DNA of 27,386 nt. Origin: Mollicutes bacterium (lineage in GTDB: Bacteria; Bacillota_I; Bacilli_A; RF39; UBA660). The notes under the pieces were generated by a model. That model was not told the DNA's origin and searched no databases. It was given only the letters and a program-made list of their open reading frames with translations. The position numbers and the translations under genes were made by a program. Shown here one piece after another: positions 17,533 through 25,837 of the stretch. Location: the NCBI GenBank assembly GCA_003566505.1, contig PXDA01000034.1, forward strand, positions 1 through 27,386, given 5' to 3'. Position 1 is the first letter of the stretch; every line of letters begins with the position of its first letter.

Positions 17533-17892
17533 TTATGACTTATTTTTCCAATGCCAAATACCCAAACGCCCTTTTATTTTCTCATCAGAATTAATTTGGA
17601 TGGCATTTTTTAAAACAAAAGCATAACGATAATTATTAGTTTTTTTTGCTGCTTTGTCTAAAACATTTTCAGCCAAAACACAGTCTACTAAATCAACCTG
17701 ACCAACAATAACTCCCGTTGGATGGGGCAGATTCAAATTTTCGTATTTTGCCATTGCTTTTTTATCAACTGTACTACTGGCGTGAATATATAACTTACCA
17801 CGATATTTAGTTCGCCAATTACGAAATTCATATTTTTTATAACCATGAACAATTAAACTTGCATAGGGCTGTTTAATGGTGAGCACTCGCAT
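17533..17892 (-). CDS. ASCH domain protein
   Basis: LTIKQPYASLIVHGYKKYEFRNWRTKYRGKLYIHAS...GVIVGQVDLVDC is the ASCH signature (GxKxxExR). Confidence 0.9.
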   Translation of the reverse strand: MRVLTIKQPYASLIVHGYKKYEFRNWRTKYRGKLYIHASSTVDKKAMAKYENLNLPHPTGVIVGQVDLVDCVLAENVLDKAAKKTNNYRYAFVLKNAIQINSDEKIKGRLGIWHWKNKS

Positions 17893-19727
17893 TACGCAAC
17901 CATCTTTCTTATTTTTTCTAATATAACAAACATAGCATAACTATCCTGTTTACAATATTCAACTAATTCTTGATATTTTTTTTGATAATCAGCTTTTTCA
18001 TATTGATCTAAATTAGCATATGTTACCAGTGCTTCAACTCCATCACGAACACCCATATTTTCATATGATAAATCACTGAAAACATTAATAGTTTTTTTAA
18101 GCGAATATGAACCACTCAATTCCGGGTGATAATAATTAACAACCTTCGCTTCTTCCTCGCAATAGCCCAATTCTTTATATAAATCCTTATTATTGCGAAC
18201 AATATATAACAAGTCAAACATATTAGTAATCATTTCATTTAATTGTTTTTGATAATCAGGAAAGTTATTTCCCAAATATTTTAAAACTTTTTTTTCAAAA
18301 CCAGCATTTTGTGCAAAAACCATCCCGCCCTTTGATAAATCAATTGCTTGACATAATTTTTGCACCAGTTCCTCCCGCTGATCTTCATGAAAGCTAGTTG
18401 CTAAAAACTCATAATGATCTTTTTCTTTATCACACTTGCCAGCTGAATTTTCAATGTGAAGCGAAAACTGAAACGGTGATTGATCATAACATTTTTCACC
18501 GCGAAAACGGGGCAGGGGCGCTGGGAAAGTTTCAAAATCAAGATGATATAAAGGAAATTCTAATTGCCGAAGCGCCAACATTATTTTGTCTTTATTTATA
18601 TAAGGAACATTGTTAGCAACGGTATCCCTTTGCACAAAATGATTAGGATTTTTTAGCCACTCCAAAGGCACATCTAACATCCGTAAATAACCCATATTAA
18701 CCAAATCAATTACTTTGTAACGGACATCTTCACTAACTAAAAACCCTTTACCATTATTCATATACGAAAAAACCGAATTTTCTTTAGGAACATGACTAAA
18801 GCAAATTTTTGTATATTTACAATGAGTATTTTTTTTATATTCACAATAAGAACCTAATCGATAACTACTAGCATCCATTTTTGTTAAATAATAGGTTATG
18901 TTTTTTTGATCATTTAAAACATTGGGCTGGAGGGATGTAGTGACCGAAGTCATATCAAAAATACTAATAATATCATCATCATAAACTGGTTTGCCATCTT
19001 CATATTTGCCATCAAATACATAATCATGGTTTAAAAAAGCTAAAAAATAACGTACATTTTGATAGCCACTTTTTTCAATAATCATTTGTTGGACTGCTAA
19101 ATCATAAACATGCCGTCCCATTTTTTCATATCTTTGCAAGAACTTATTTTTCTTTTCTTGATAAGTTTCAATTGGCATTTCCGCTCCTATATCATATCCT
19201 TTAATCTCATCTTTAAAATAATAAATGCCTTCTTTTTCCATAAAAAGCGGAAATTTTTCCTTACTACGATAACCACCTGCCGTATCTTTTAAAAATGAAG
19301 TAGTTGTACTTTTCACCTCAATGATATTAATTGTCTCACCCTTTTTATTACAAACATCAACATAACAAAGATATTTAATACCCTCTTCTTCAAAAGAAAA
19401 CTTTTTTTGAGCAAAAGTATCCTCGGCATAATAAGTTTTACCACCAAATAAATTTTGCACCCTAGCACCCGCTAACATTTCAATTTCTTGATAATAGGGC
19501 TGCATAATTTCTAATTGTGGATTTTCCTCATCAATTAAATCAATTTCTTCGTCTTCATTTTCTTCATACATCTTTGCTAAAATTTCTTTTAACTTTACTT
19601 CTTTTTCTTCTTGTTTATACTCTTCATAGGAAACATCCGCTTGCAAACGTTCTTTTTTTACCTTATCCAAGGCAACATAACGCGGGCAACGACTATAATT
19701 AATAAATTTTGTTTTTGTTATCGCCAC
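17892..19727 (-). CDS. DUF2779-type protein: Cas4/AddB-like PD-(D/E)XK nuclease + DEDD/RNase H-like exonuclease domain
   Basis: N-terminal FINYSRCP; YVDV...IIEVKSTT...YDLAVQ; Cys trio SYCEYKKNTHCKYTKIC; C-terminal HLDFET, PFQFSLH, NAGFEKKVL, SYSLKK, EYCKQD. Confidence 0.83.
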   Translation of the reverse strand: MAITKTKFINYSRCPRYVALDKVKKERLQADVSYEEYKQEEKEVKLKEILAKMYEENEDEEIDLIDEENPQLEIMQPYYQEIEMLAGARVQNLFGGKTYYAEDTFAQKKFSFEEEGIKYLCYVDVCNKKGETINIIEVKSTTTSFLKDTAGGYRSKEKFPLFMEKEGIYYFKDEIKGYDIGAEMPIETYQEKKNKFLQRYEKMGRHVYDLAVQQMIIEKSGYQNVRYFLAFLNHDYVFDGKYEDGKPVYDDDIISIFDMTSVTTSLQPNVLNDQKNITYYLTKMDASSYRLGSYCEYKKNTHCKYTKICFSHVPKENSVFSYMNNGKGFLVSEDVRYKVIDLVNMGYLRMLDVPLEWLKNPNHFVQRDTVANNVPYINKDKIMLALRQLEFPLYHLDFETFPAPLPRFRGEKCYDQSPFQFSLHIENSAGKCDKEKDHYEFLATSFHEDQREELVQKLCQAIDLSKGGMVFAQNAGFEKKVLKYLGNNFPDYQKQLNEMITNMFDLLYIVRNNKDLYKELGYCEEEAKVVNYYHPELSGSYSLKKTINVFSDLSYENMGVRDGVEALVTYANLDQYEKADYQKKYQELVEYCKQDSYAMFVILEKIRKMVA

Positions 19728-19733
19728 TTTTAA

Positions 19734-20387
19734 TCACCTTCTTTTTTCCGATGTGTCATCTTTTAAACTTTGCAATTTATTTTCATTATCCTTACGATAC
19801 ACTTTAGCAAAACGATAAAAATTTTCTTGTTCCATATCATAATGAACAAATTTAAATTCACCATCACAGTCTACCATACATCCCATTAATTGCGCCTCTT
19901 TATTACGAAAAACATTATTTTCTTCCGTCATTTTTACATAGGCACCAAAATCACCTAAAGAAAAATAATGATAAAATTGACCAATTGGCGGGTGAGAGTG
20001 TCCATGACACACCACTAAATTGCCAGTCATTAATTTTTTTGACAAATAATCAACCATCGCTGGCGAAAAATGGGCACTTGTTTCTTCCCGTTTACTACTT
20101 TGTGAAAAAAACTCATCGAAAAAAACAACATTATCATCTATTTCATGACCAAATAAAAAAAATGGGAATTCTTTCCGACTTTCGCCAGTTGCCTCTCCTA
20201 AAGCCCGCATTGCTTCATATACTTCAGGAGCCAAAATAACTGTGCCACCAGGAATAACGGATAAAAGTTCATCATTAATAGGTGTCATATCACCATAATT
20301 AAACTTCGTAAAATTTTCTTGATGCACTTTTTGATGAAATCCTTTACGACATAATATATTATATACTTTTTTGGCATAATCAGACAT
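19734..20387 (-). CDS. JAB/MPN (JAMM-like) metalloprotease-fold protein
   Basis: KEFPFFLFG (Glu) and VVCHGHSHPPIGQFYHYFSLGD (HxH...SxxD). Start moved to ATG 20387 behind SD GGAG and extended -10 TGATATAAT (20424-20416). Confidence 0.6.
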   Translation of the reverse strand: MSDYAKKVYNILCRKGFHQKVHQENFTKFNYGDMTPINDELLSVIPGGTVILAPEVYEAMRALGEATGESRKEFPFFLFGHEIDDNVVFFDEFFSQSSKREETSAHFSPAMVDYLSKKLMTGNLVVCHGHSHPPIGQFYHYFSLGDFGAYVKMTEENNVFRNKEAQLMGCMVDCDGEFKFVHYDMEQENFYRFAKVYRKDNENKLQSLKDDTSEKRR

Positions 20388-20421
20388 AACTAGGTTCTCC
20401 ATTTCTTTTATCTTCATTATA

Positions 20422-20943
20422 TCAAATTTTTTTGGTAAGTTTTTCAATATCTTCATTTCTTAAATTTTTTTGTTCATATTCTTGTCTCATTTTATTTATG
20501 GCCTGCGAAAAGAAATAGTCATCTTCACATAAAAACACTTTATACGCTTTCGCTTCTCCTAAACTAAATTTTTCGAGTGATTCTCTGTGATAAATTACAT
20601 CCGGGATATTTGCTGATGCCGTAAAATAAATTGGCGCTTTTTCAGAGCGAAAATAATAAATATCAAAACTATCTTTGGCAATAATCAAAAAATTATTTTC
20701 GGTGCCGTCTTGCCGAATAATATCGTCAAAATAAGGACTGCGATAAGAACAAATGAAATAACTAGCGGTTTCCTCCATTATAACATCATCCAAACTTTCC
20801 GTTATCATTTTTTGTGCTAATTCTTCGCCAAATTTATTTATTACATTTTGCAACCGCGAAGTTTTTAACATTTGTTCTAGTGTTTGTCGATTAATAATCA
20901 AAAACCTTTGTAATTGTCTTAATTTTAACTTTTTTTCTTCCAC
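20422..20943 (-). CDS. Hypothetical protein
   Basis: 173-aa ORF with GTG start, co-oriented and filling the gap; no recognisable motif. Confidence 0.7.
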   Translation of the reverse strand: MEEKKLKLRQLQRFLIINRQTLEQMLKTSRLQNVINKFGEELAQKMITESLDDVIMEETASYFICSYRSPYFDDIIRQDGTENNFLIIAKDSFDIYYFRSEKAPIYFTASANIPDVIYHRESLEKFSLGEAKAYKVFLCEDDYFFSQAINKMRQEYEQKNLRNEDIEKLTKKI

Positions 20944-21030
20944 ATTATCGCCCCCAAAAGTAAAATTATTATAACAAAAAATTTCCTTTCCGCAAACCTA
21001 ATTATTTTAAATTTTAAAAAGCCATGTTTA

Positions 21031-21579
21031 TCACATGGATTTTCGCAAACGTTTTTCTTGTCTTACCCAATAACGGCAAAGTGTGTTACCATCATCAAGC
21101 ACTACTTTATCCTCTAATTCTCCTAAATGGTTTTCAACTATTTTAATAGAAGCAAGATTATCGTGATCGCAGGTTATTAAAACTTCTTCAATACCAAGTT
21201 CTAAACATTTTTCCAAACCCAATTCTAACAAATAAGAACCATAACCTTCTCTTCTTTCGTGCGGACGAATTGCGTAACCAATATGACCACCCTCCTTTAA
21301 TAAAAAATCATTTAACTCATAACGAATATCAATAATTCCTACTAAAGTAGTTTCTTCATTATCACATAAAAAATAAACTGTTGAGGGCACACGTCCTTTG
21401 GGAACCGTTTCAGTACTATGGTGTAATCTTTGATAAGCTAACCACTCTTGATAGTCCACAAATTCATCAATGCCGCCACCACCTGGTATCATTTCATTAT
21501 ATTTATTAAATTCGGCAACCATTTCTTTTGCCATCTCTTCATGCTCTTTTTTTGGCAAGACTAATTGTAATTCATTCAT
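21031..21579 (-). CDS. GNAT family N-acetyltransferase
   Basis: VPSTVYFL, VGIIDIRYELNDFLLKEGGHIGYAIRPHERREGYG, VLITCDHDNLASIKIVE. Start moved to ATG 21579 (SD GGGAG). Confidence 0.9.
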   Translation of the reverse strand: MNELQLVLPKKEHEEMAKEMVAEFNKYNEMIPGGGGIDEFVDYQEWLAYQRLHHSTETVPKGRVPSTVYFLCDNEETTLVGIIDIRYELNDFLLKEGGHIGYAIRPHERREGYGSYLLELGLEKCLELGIEEVLITCDHDNLASIKIVENHLGELEDKVVLDDGNTLCRYWVRQEKRLRKSM

Positions 21580-21684
21580 TTTTTGCTCCCTAAATAAAAT
21601 TAAAGGTATTATAGCACTTTTTCCATAAAAAGACAATTTAAAAAGCGTGCTATCCATCACGCTTTAACAATAAGATTTTTTTGC

Positions 21685-22164
21685 TTAGTAATACTCGCCA
21701 CCAAGCCCCATATCGAGTGCCGTTCTAGGATGAATACCATAATTTTTTAACTTTAACACCTTAACTTTTTCAATATTATAACATTCATAACCAGCCGCAT
21801 ATACATCTTCTGTGAAAATTTCTTGTAGTCGTTCTTCAGGCGCTTTATTATGCCACTCAACTACCGCAATATTTTCATCATTTTCTACCTTCGCTAAATC
21901 ATAACGAATAATAGGATTATCAATAATTTCATCTAATGCACCAATTAACTCTTCTAACTTTTCTTTACCTTCTTTTTCGATTTCGATTTTTAAAAATTCT
22001 GCTTGCATATGCTTTAATTCAATATTATGAGTTTGATACAATCCTCTAATTTCTTGATATTTTTTTTCACCATTTTTATATTCCATTTCCTGATTAACAA
22101 TATAAAAATCAAATAAATTATTTTCCAAATAAGTTAACAATTCCTGACATGTTACTGCCCTCAC
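21685..22164 (-). CDS. Hypothetical protein
   Basis: 159-aa ORF, GTG start with SD GAGGAGG; no recognisable motif. Confidence 0.7.
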   Translation of the reverse strand: MRAVTCQELLTYLENNLFDFYIVNQEMEYKNGEKKYQEIRGLYQTHNIELKHMQAEFLKIEIEKEGKEKLEELIGALDEIIDNPIIRYDLAKVENDENIAVVEWHNKAPEERLQEIFTEDVYAAGYECYNIEKVKVLKLKNYGIHPRTALDMGLGGEYY

Positions 22165-22219
22165 AATAAAACCTCCTCAAAATCCAGCTCATATACTAAC
22201 TTATTTTTTTTTATTTGTC

Positions 22220-22245
22220 AAAAAAAAAAGATAGAAAACTATCTT
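22220..22245 (-). terminator. Intrinsic terminator after the LRR lipoprotein gene
   Basis: AAGATAG-aaaa-CTATCTT hairpin flanked by A/T runs. Confidence 0.7.
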
Positions 22246-22256
22246 TTTAAATTTAA

Positions 22257-23096
22257 TTAACGATGATAAGAAACATCAATTCCCATATGTTTTAATTCTT
22301 CCACTTGCTCAAAAATTAAATGTTTTACTTCATGATCTAAATAAACTATTACCACATTTAATGCCGGTAGTGATTCCAACGGTTTTAAATTATAGACCGG
22401 GTTATAAGATATAGTAACATCATTTAAAGATTGTAAATCCGTTAGCGGTTCAATTGATGACACGCTATTGCTTTGCAAGTTTAATACTTCTAATTTGTTC
22501 ATCTCTGATAAGGAACTAATATCTTCAATTTCATTACCGCGAAAATTTAATTGTTCTATATTAACACAATTTTCTAAAGCTGAAATATCTTTTATGCCAC
22601 CATCACTAATTGTTACATGCTCCAAATTTGTCATGTATTCAACAAAGGAAACATCTTCAATAATCGTCCCGGTTATTGATATATGTTTTAAATTAACCGC
22701 TTCACTAAATGCAATGGGCAGTTGTTTAATTTCACTATAACGAATTGTTAATCGTTCTAATTTATCCAAATTTTTCAATGGCGCTAATGAATCAACCGTT
22801 TCTCTAATTAATGAAAATTCCCGCAATTCCAATGCATATTCCAAGCCATCTAGATTTGTAATTCCCGTTTCATTAATAGTTAAATAATATAACTCTTGCA
22901 TATCAAAAGACGTAATTTCACCAGTTGGTTTTTGCAATTCCTCTCTAATTACCGCCTCTAAATCTTCATTAGTAAAAGTTACCACTACTTCCTCAGTCGG
23001 ATCAATTTTTTCTTCATCAACATCATTTTCAGTCGCGCCACAACTACAAGCACTTACCATTAAAAAAAATCCCAGTGATAATAAATAATATTTCAT
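22257..23096 (-). CDS. Internalin-like leucine-rich-repeat lipoprotein
   Basis: Start at ATG 23096; signal peptide with lipobox (FLMVSACSC); F.NEDLEAVIREEL cap; repeats such as LEQLNFRGNEIEDISSLSEMNKLEVLNLQSNSVSSIEPL. Confidence 0.88.
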   Translation of the reverse strand: MKYYLLSLGFFLMVSACSCGATENDVDEEKIDPTEEVVVTFTNEDLEAVIREELQKPTGEITSFDMQELYYLTINETGITNLDGLEYALELREFSLIRETVDSLAPLKNLDKLERLTIRYSEIKQLPIAFSEAVNLKHISITGTIIEDVSFVEYMTNLEHVTISDGGIKDISALENCVNIEQLNFRGNEIEDISSLSEMNKLEVLNLQSNSVSSIEPLTDLQSLNDVTISYNPVYNLKPLESLPALNVVIVYLDHEVKHLIFEQVEELKHMGIDVSYHR

Positions 23097-23154
23097 TTTC
23101 CCACTCTTTTCTATGAAATGATTATAGCACACTTTTTCTTATTAGTCTCTTTCT

Positions 23155-23724
23155 TTAAATTTTCTTTTGCAAAAGCTTTGTTTTCACATCCAACCACCCA
23201 TCAACCCGCTCAATTCCTTGTTCTTGTAAATAATCATTTGCCAAATGTTTATTATGATACGCTGTATAAAGTAATTTCCGCCTTGTTCTTTTTAAATTTT
23301 CTAATCGATCATCTATTTTAGCATAACAATTTAAAATTTCTTTATTACCAACAAATACATAATTATGAGGGTTTAAAAAAGAAAAATGCTCTTGCAAAAA
23401 ATTATATTTATGCAATAAAATGATTCCCGATTCTTTTTCGCGCTCGGGAATAACATAAGAAGTGCCAACAAAAACCTCATATTCTTCTTGTAATTCTTGT
23501 AAAACTGTTTGTACATAAGGATAAATATGACAATAATCATAAAAATTTTTTGACATCAAATAATCTAAAAATAACGCTTGTTTATCCTTTGGCATAAGAT
23601 TTTGCATGTAATAGCCCTCGACATCTTCTTCAGTATAATTTGTCCCTAAAAATTCATTTATCAAACCTAAAAAGCCACCACCGCACATTACGTCATCCAT
23701 ATCAACCATTATCGCTTTCTTCAT
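23155..23724 (-). CDS. 5'(3')-deoxyribonucleotidase (NT5C-like HAD)
   Basis: HAD motif I VDMDDV, then K..FLQEHF.F, K..L..YAKIDD and LLYTAYHN; SD AAGGAGG. Confidence 0.85.
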   Translation of the reverse strand: MKKAIMVDMDDVMCGGGFLGLINEFLGTNYTEEDVEGYYMQNLMPKDKQALFLDYLMSKNFYDYCHIYPYVQTVLQELQEEYEVFVGTSYVIPEREKESGIILLHKYNFLQEHFSFLNPHNYVFVGNKEILNCYAKIDDRLENLKRTRRKLLYTAYHNKHLANDYLQEQGIERVDGWLDVKTKLLQKKI

Positions 23725-23758
23725 CAATTGCCTCCTTTAAAAAATCATTGCTTTCATC

Positions 23759-24325
23759 TCAAACCAATTTTTGTAACACCTCATCAGTTACTTCGACAAC
23801 ATTTTTATTAGTTGTTGTCACTTGTACTACTTTTGTTTCATTAAAATCTTGACAAAAATCTTGCAATAATTTTCCATAAAAATTCATTTTTTCCTTGGTA
23901 ACAAAACGACCTTCGCTACCTCTTCTTCTAACCGCTTCTTCACCATCTACTAAAAAAACTATTAACAAATCAACTTGATAATTAATAAATTCATGTAACA
24001 CAAACAAATCTCTGGATTGTTTTTCTTCTTCACCAATATCGCCATTCATATAAGAAAAATAATTCCAAAAATAACGATCATATAAACCCCTATCAATTAA
24101 AATATAATCATAGTCGCCATTAATAGCAGCAACATATTCTTTAATGATATCTGCAACAATATAGGTTACTTTATTTTTAGCATCATCAGGTAAATCCTTT
24201 TTCATTTTTGTCGTAGCTTCATCAATTATTTTTACCCGATAATCTCCTAAAGCTTCTTTTAATTTATAAATTACCGTTGTTTTGCCTGCTTCTGGCACCC
24301 CTGTAAACTCAATTATCTTCGCCAT
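23759..24325 (-). CDS. P-loop nucleoside-monophosphate kinase (thymidylate/deoxynucleoside kinase-like)
   Basis: Walker A EFTGVPEAGKTT, DR motif LIDRGLYD, VDLLIVFLVD.EEAVRRR lid. Confidence 0.72.
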   Translation of the reverse strand: MAKIIEFTGVPEAGKTTVIYKLKEALGDYRVKIIDEATTKMKKDLPDDAKNKVTYIVADIIKEYVAAINGDYDYILIDRGLYDRYFWNYFSYMNGDIGEEEKQSRDLFVLHEFINYQVDLLIVFLVDGEEAVRRRGSEGRFVTKEKMNFYGKLLQDFCQDFNETKVVQVTTTNKNVVEVTDEVLQKLV

Positions 24326-24863
24326 TTAATTCGTCTATCCTTTCTCCTAATTGCTTTAAGTCATCAAAAATTTCTCCCGAAGCATTTAAACAAATTGCCT
24401 TAATAACCGTTTGATAATACCAAATTACATCACGTCGACTAGCATTGAAATTCGCCCATACCTTTTCACCTTGCTTTTGATAATCTTCATAAAGTGAATA
24501 TAAATTATGCATTTTATCAGCAGCGCCAATTGCTTTTACTTCTAAAGCAGCTTTTTTTAATGATTCAATTTGAGTTTTTTTTCTTAATTGTCAAGAATTT
24601 TTTTTATCAATTTCTGTTTCTGCTAAAACATATCCAGCTACTTTTTGACCAAAAAGTTTTTTAATTTCATCAATATCGCGATCGGTATCTTCTACGACAT
24701 CATGCAAAATACCTGCCACAACAACCTCTTCATCATAACCATACTTTAATAATATGGCTGCTACGCTAAATAAATGCGTTGATTTGGGTAGGTTATTTCC
24801 TTTTCGATATTCATCTTGATGTGCGACAACCATATAATTAATGGCTTGAAATATTTTTTCCAT
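24309..24863 (-). pseudogene. Mesh1-like small alarmone hydrolase (HD domain) interrupted by an in-frame TGA at 24593-24591
   Basis: The two track ORFs (24591-24863 and 24309-24512) share one frame: AH..EYRKG...P..THL, ILHDVVED, ETEIDKKNS*QLRK, AADKMHNL, VWANFN, WYY. The stop sits where the family has Trp (SWxxRK). Confidence 0.85.
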
Positions 24864-24915
24864 TTCTTCCCTCCTGATACTATTATAACAAAGATATAGG
24901 TTCTATATGCGCCCT

Positions 24916-25467
24916 TTAAAAATATTCATTTAATTTTTTATAACTTAAAATTGAATCTAATCGAAACCTTCTAATGTCTTTTTTATATTCACAAAAAGCT
25001 TGTACACGCCAGATATCCAAATTATTATATAATGCTTATGGATGAATAATTCTACTACGCACCGATCCTTTAGTTGATTGATAAGTAATTAACATTTTTT
25101 GATTTTGAGCAATGGCATCCGCTATTTTATTATAAAGAGCGCGATTCATTATTTTTACTTCTTTGATTAATAAATTTTCCAATTTATTAACAATATTCTG
25201 AATCTTTGGATCATCAATATTCTTCAAATACTCTAGCTCCTCTTTTCCAATTCCCCTTACTGGCATACTAAAATCATAATCAAGATAATAACCCCCTAAA
25301 GGGCCTTTGATGGTGGCAATATAAATGCCGGCTTTTTCTAACTCTTCTTTATATTGTCTTATCATTCTAGGCTTAACTTCCAAGCACTCACTTAATTCCT
25401 TAGCATTATATACACGCCCATTAGCTAATAATTCCAACATTTTAAAAGTATTACTTGTTTTTCCCAT
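24916..25467 (-). pseudogene. HTH + WYL domain transcriptional regulator interrupted by an in-frame TAA at 25038-25036
   Basis: wHTH (AKELSECLEVKPRMIRQYKEEL, GPLGGYYL). After RIIHP* the same frame continues ALYNNLDIWRVQAFCEYKKDIRRFRLDSI to TAA at 24918-24916, completing the WYL domain; the family has HPY at the stop. Confidence 0.85.
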
Positions 25468-25491
25468 CATATCACCCAATTAAATTATAAC

Positions 25492-25516
25492 AAAAAAATG
25501 TGAACAATCACATTTT
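25492..25516 (-). terminator. Inverted repeat, probable intrinsic terminator upstream of the WYL gene
   Basis: AAAATGTGA-acaa-TCACATTTT followed by a T-run on the minus strand, abutting a TGTTATAAT extended -10. Confidence 0.6.
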
Positions 25517-25705
25517 CTCGTTTTTATCTTTTTTTTAACATTATTCACTTGCACCAATTTTATATGCCTTTGGCAAACTTTTTGGTCTGATTTTTTTCAT
25601 GTTGTTATTATAACATTACTTAATTTTAAAGCCCCATATGAAATTAAATTACTATTTAAATTAAAATCACTCTTATAATAAATTATTAATATAACATAAT
25701 CTTTT

Positions 25706-25837
25706 TTAATCAATCGCCCAAATTTCATCTACCCATTCAGAACTAAGAACTATGTCCCATTCGGGTAAATAGGTGTTTATGTCTTGCATTTCGGCAGAAC
25801 TTTTGGGTGTTCCCCTACCATCATCATCATTTTTTAT
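25706..25837 (-). pseudogene. Orphan fragment resembling the C-terminus of the upstream GLUG protein
   Basis: A start-less frame reads IKNDDDGRGTPKSSAEMQDINTYLPEWDIVLSSEWVDEIWAID*, similar to DGGEGKTTSQMQDITTYSVWDI...WNDNYIWGIG of the preceding ORF. Confidence 0.6.

Noticed and set aside
21680-21735. GC-richer patch with a weak ACTCG...CGAGT stem at the end of the 159-aa ORF, a possible ncRNA
   Set aside because: The stem is too short and imperfect, and the patch lies within an open reading frame, so there is no support for an RNA call.
464-23132. Longest-ORF starts at 1288, 5809, 8379, 9712, 20456, 21660 and 23132
   Set aside because: They overlap upstream genes or promoters and lack an SD; downstream ATGs have clear SDs and match family N-termini.
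24591-24593. Selenocysteine recoding of the in-frame TGA
   Set aside because: The aligned residue is Trp rather than Cys, and the downstream sequence is A-rich with no SECIS-like hairpin.
25499-25512. CRP/FNR-like site TGTGA...TCACA
   Set aside because: The spacer is 4 bp rather than 6, and the repeat extends into a stem with a T-tail, which fits a terminator better.
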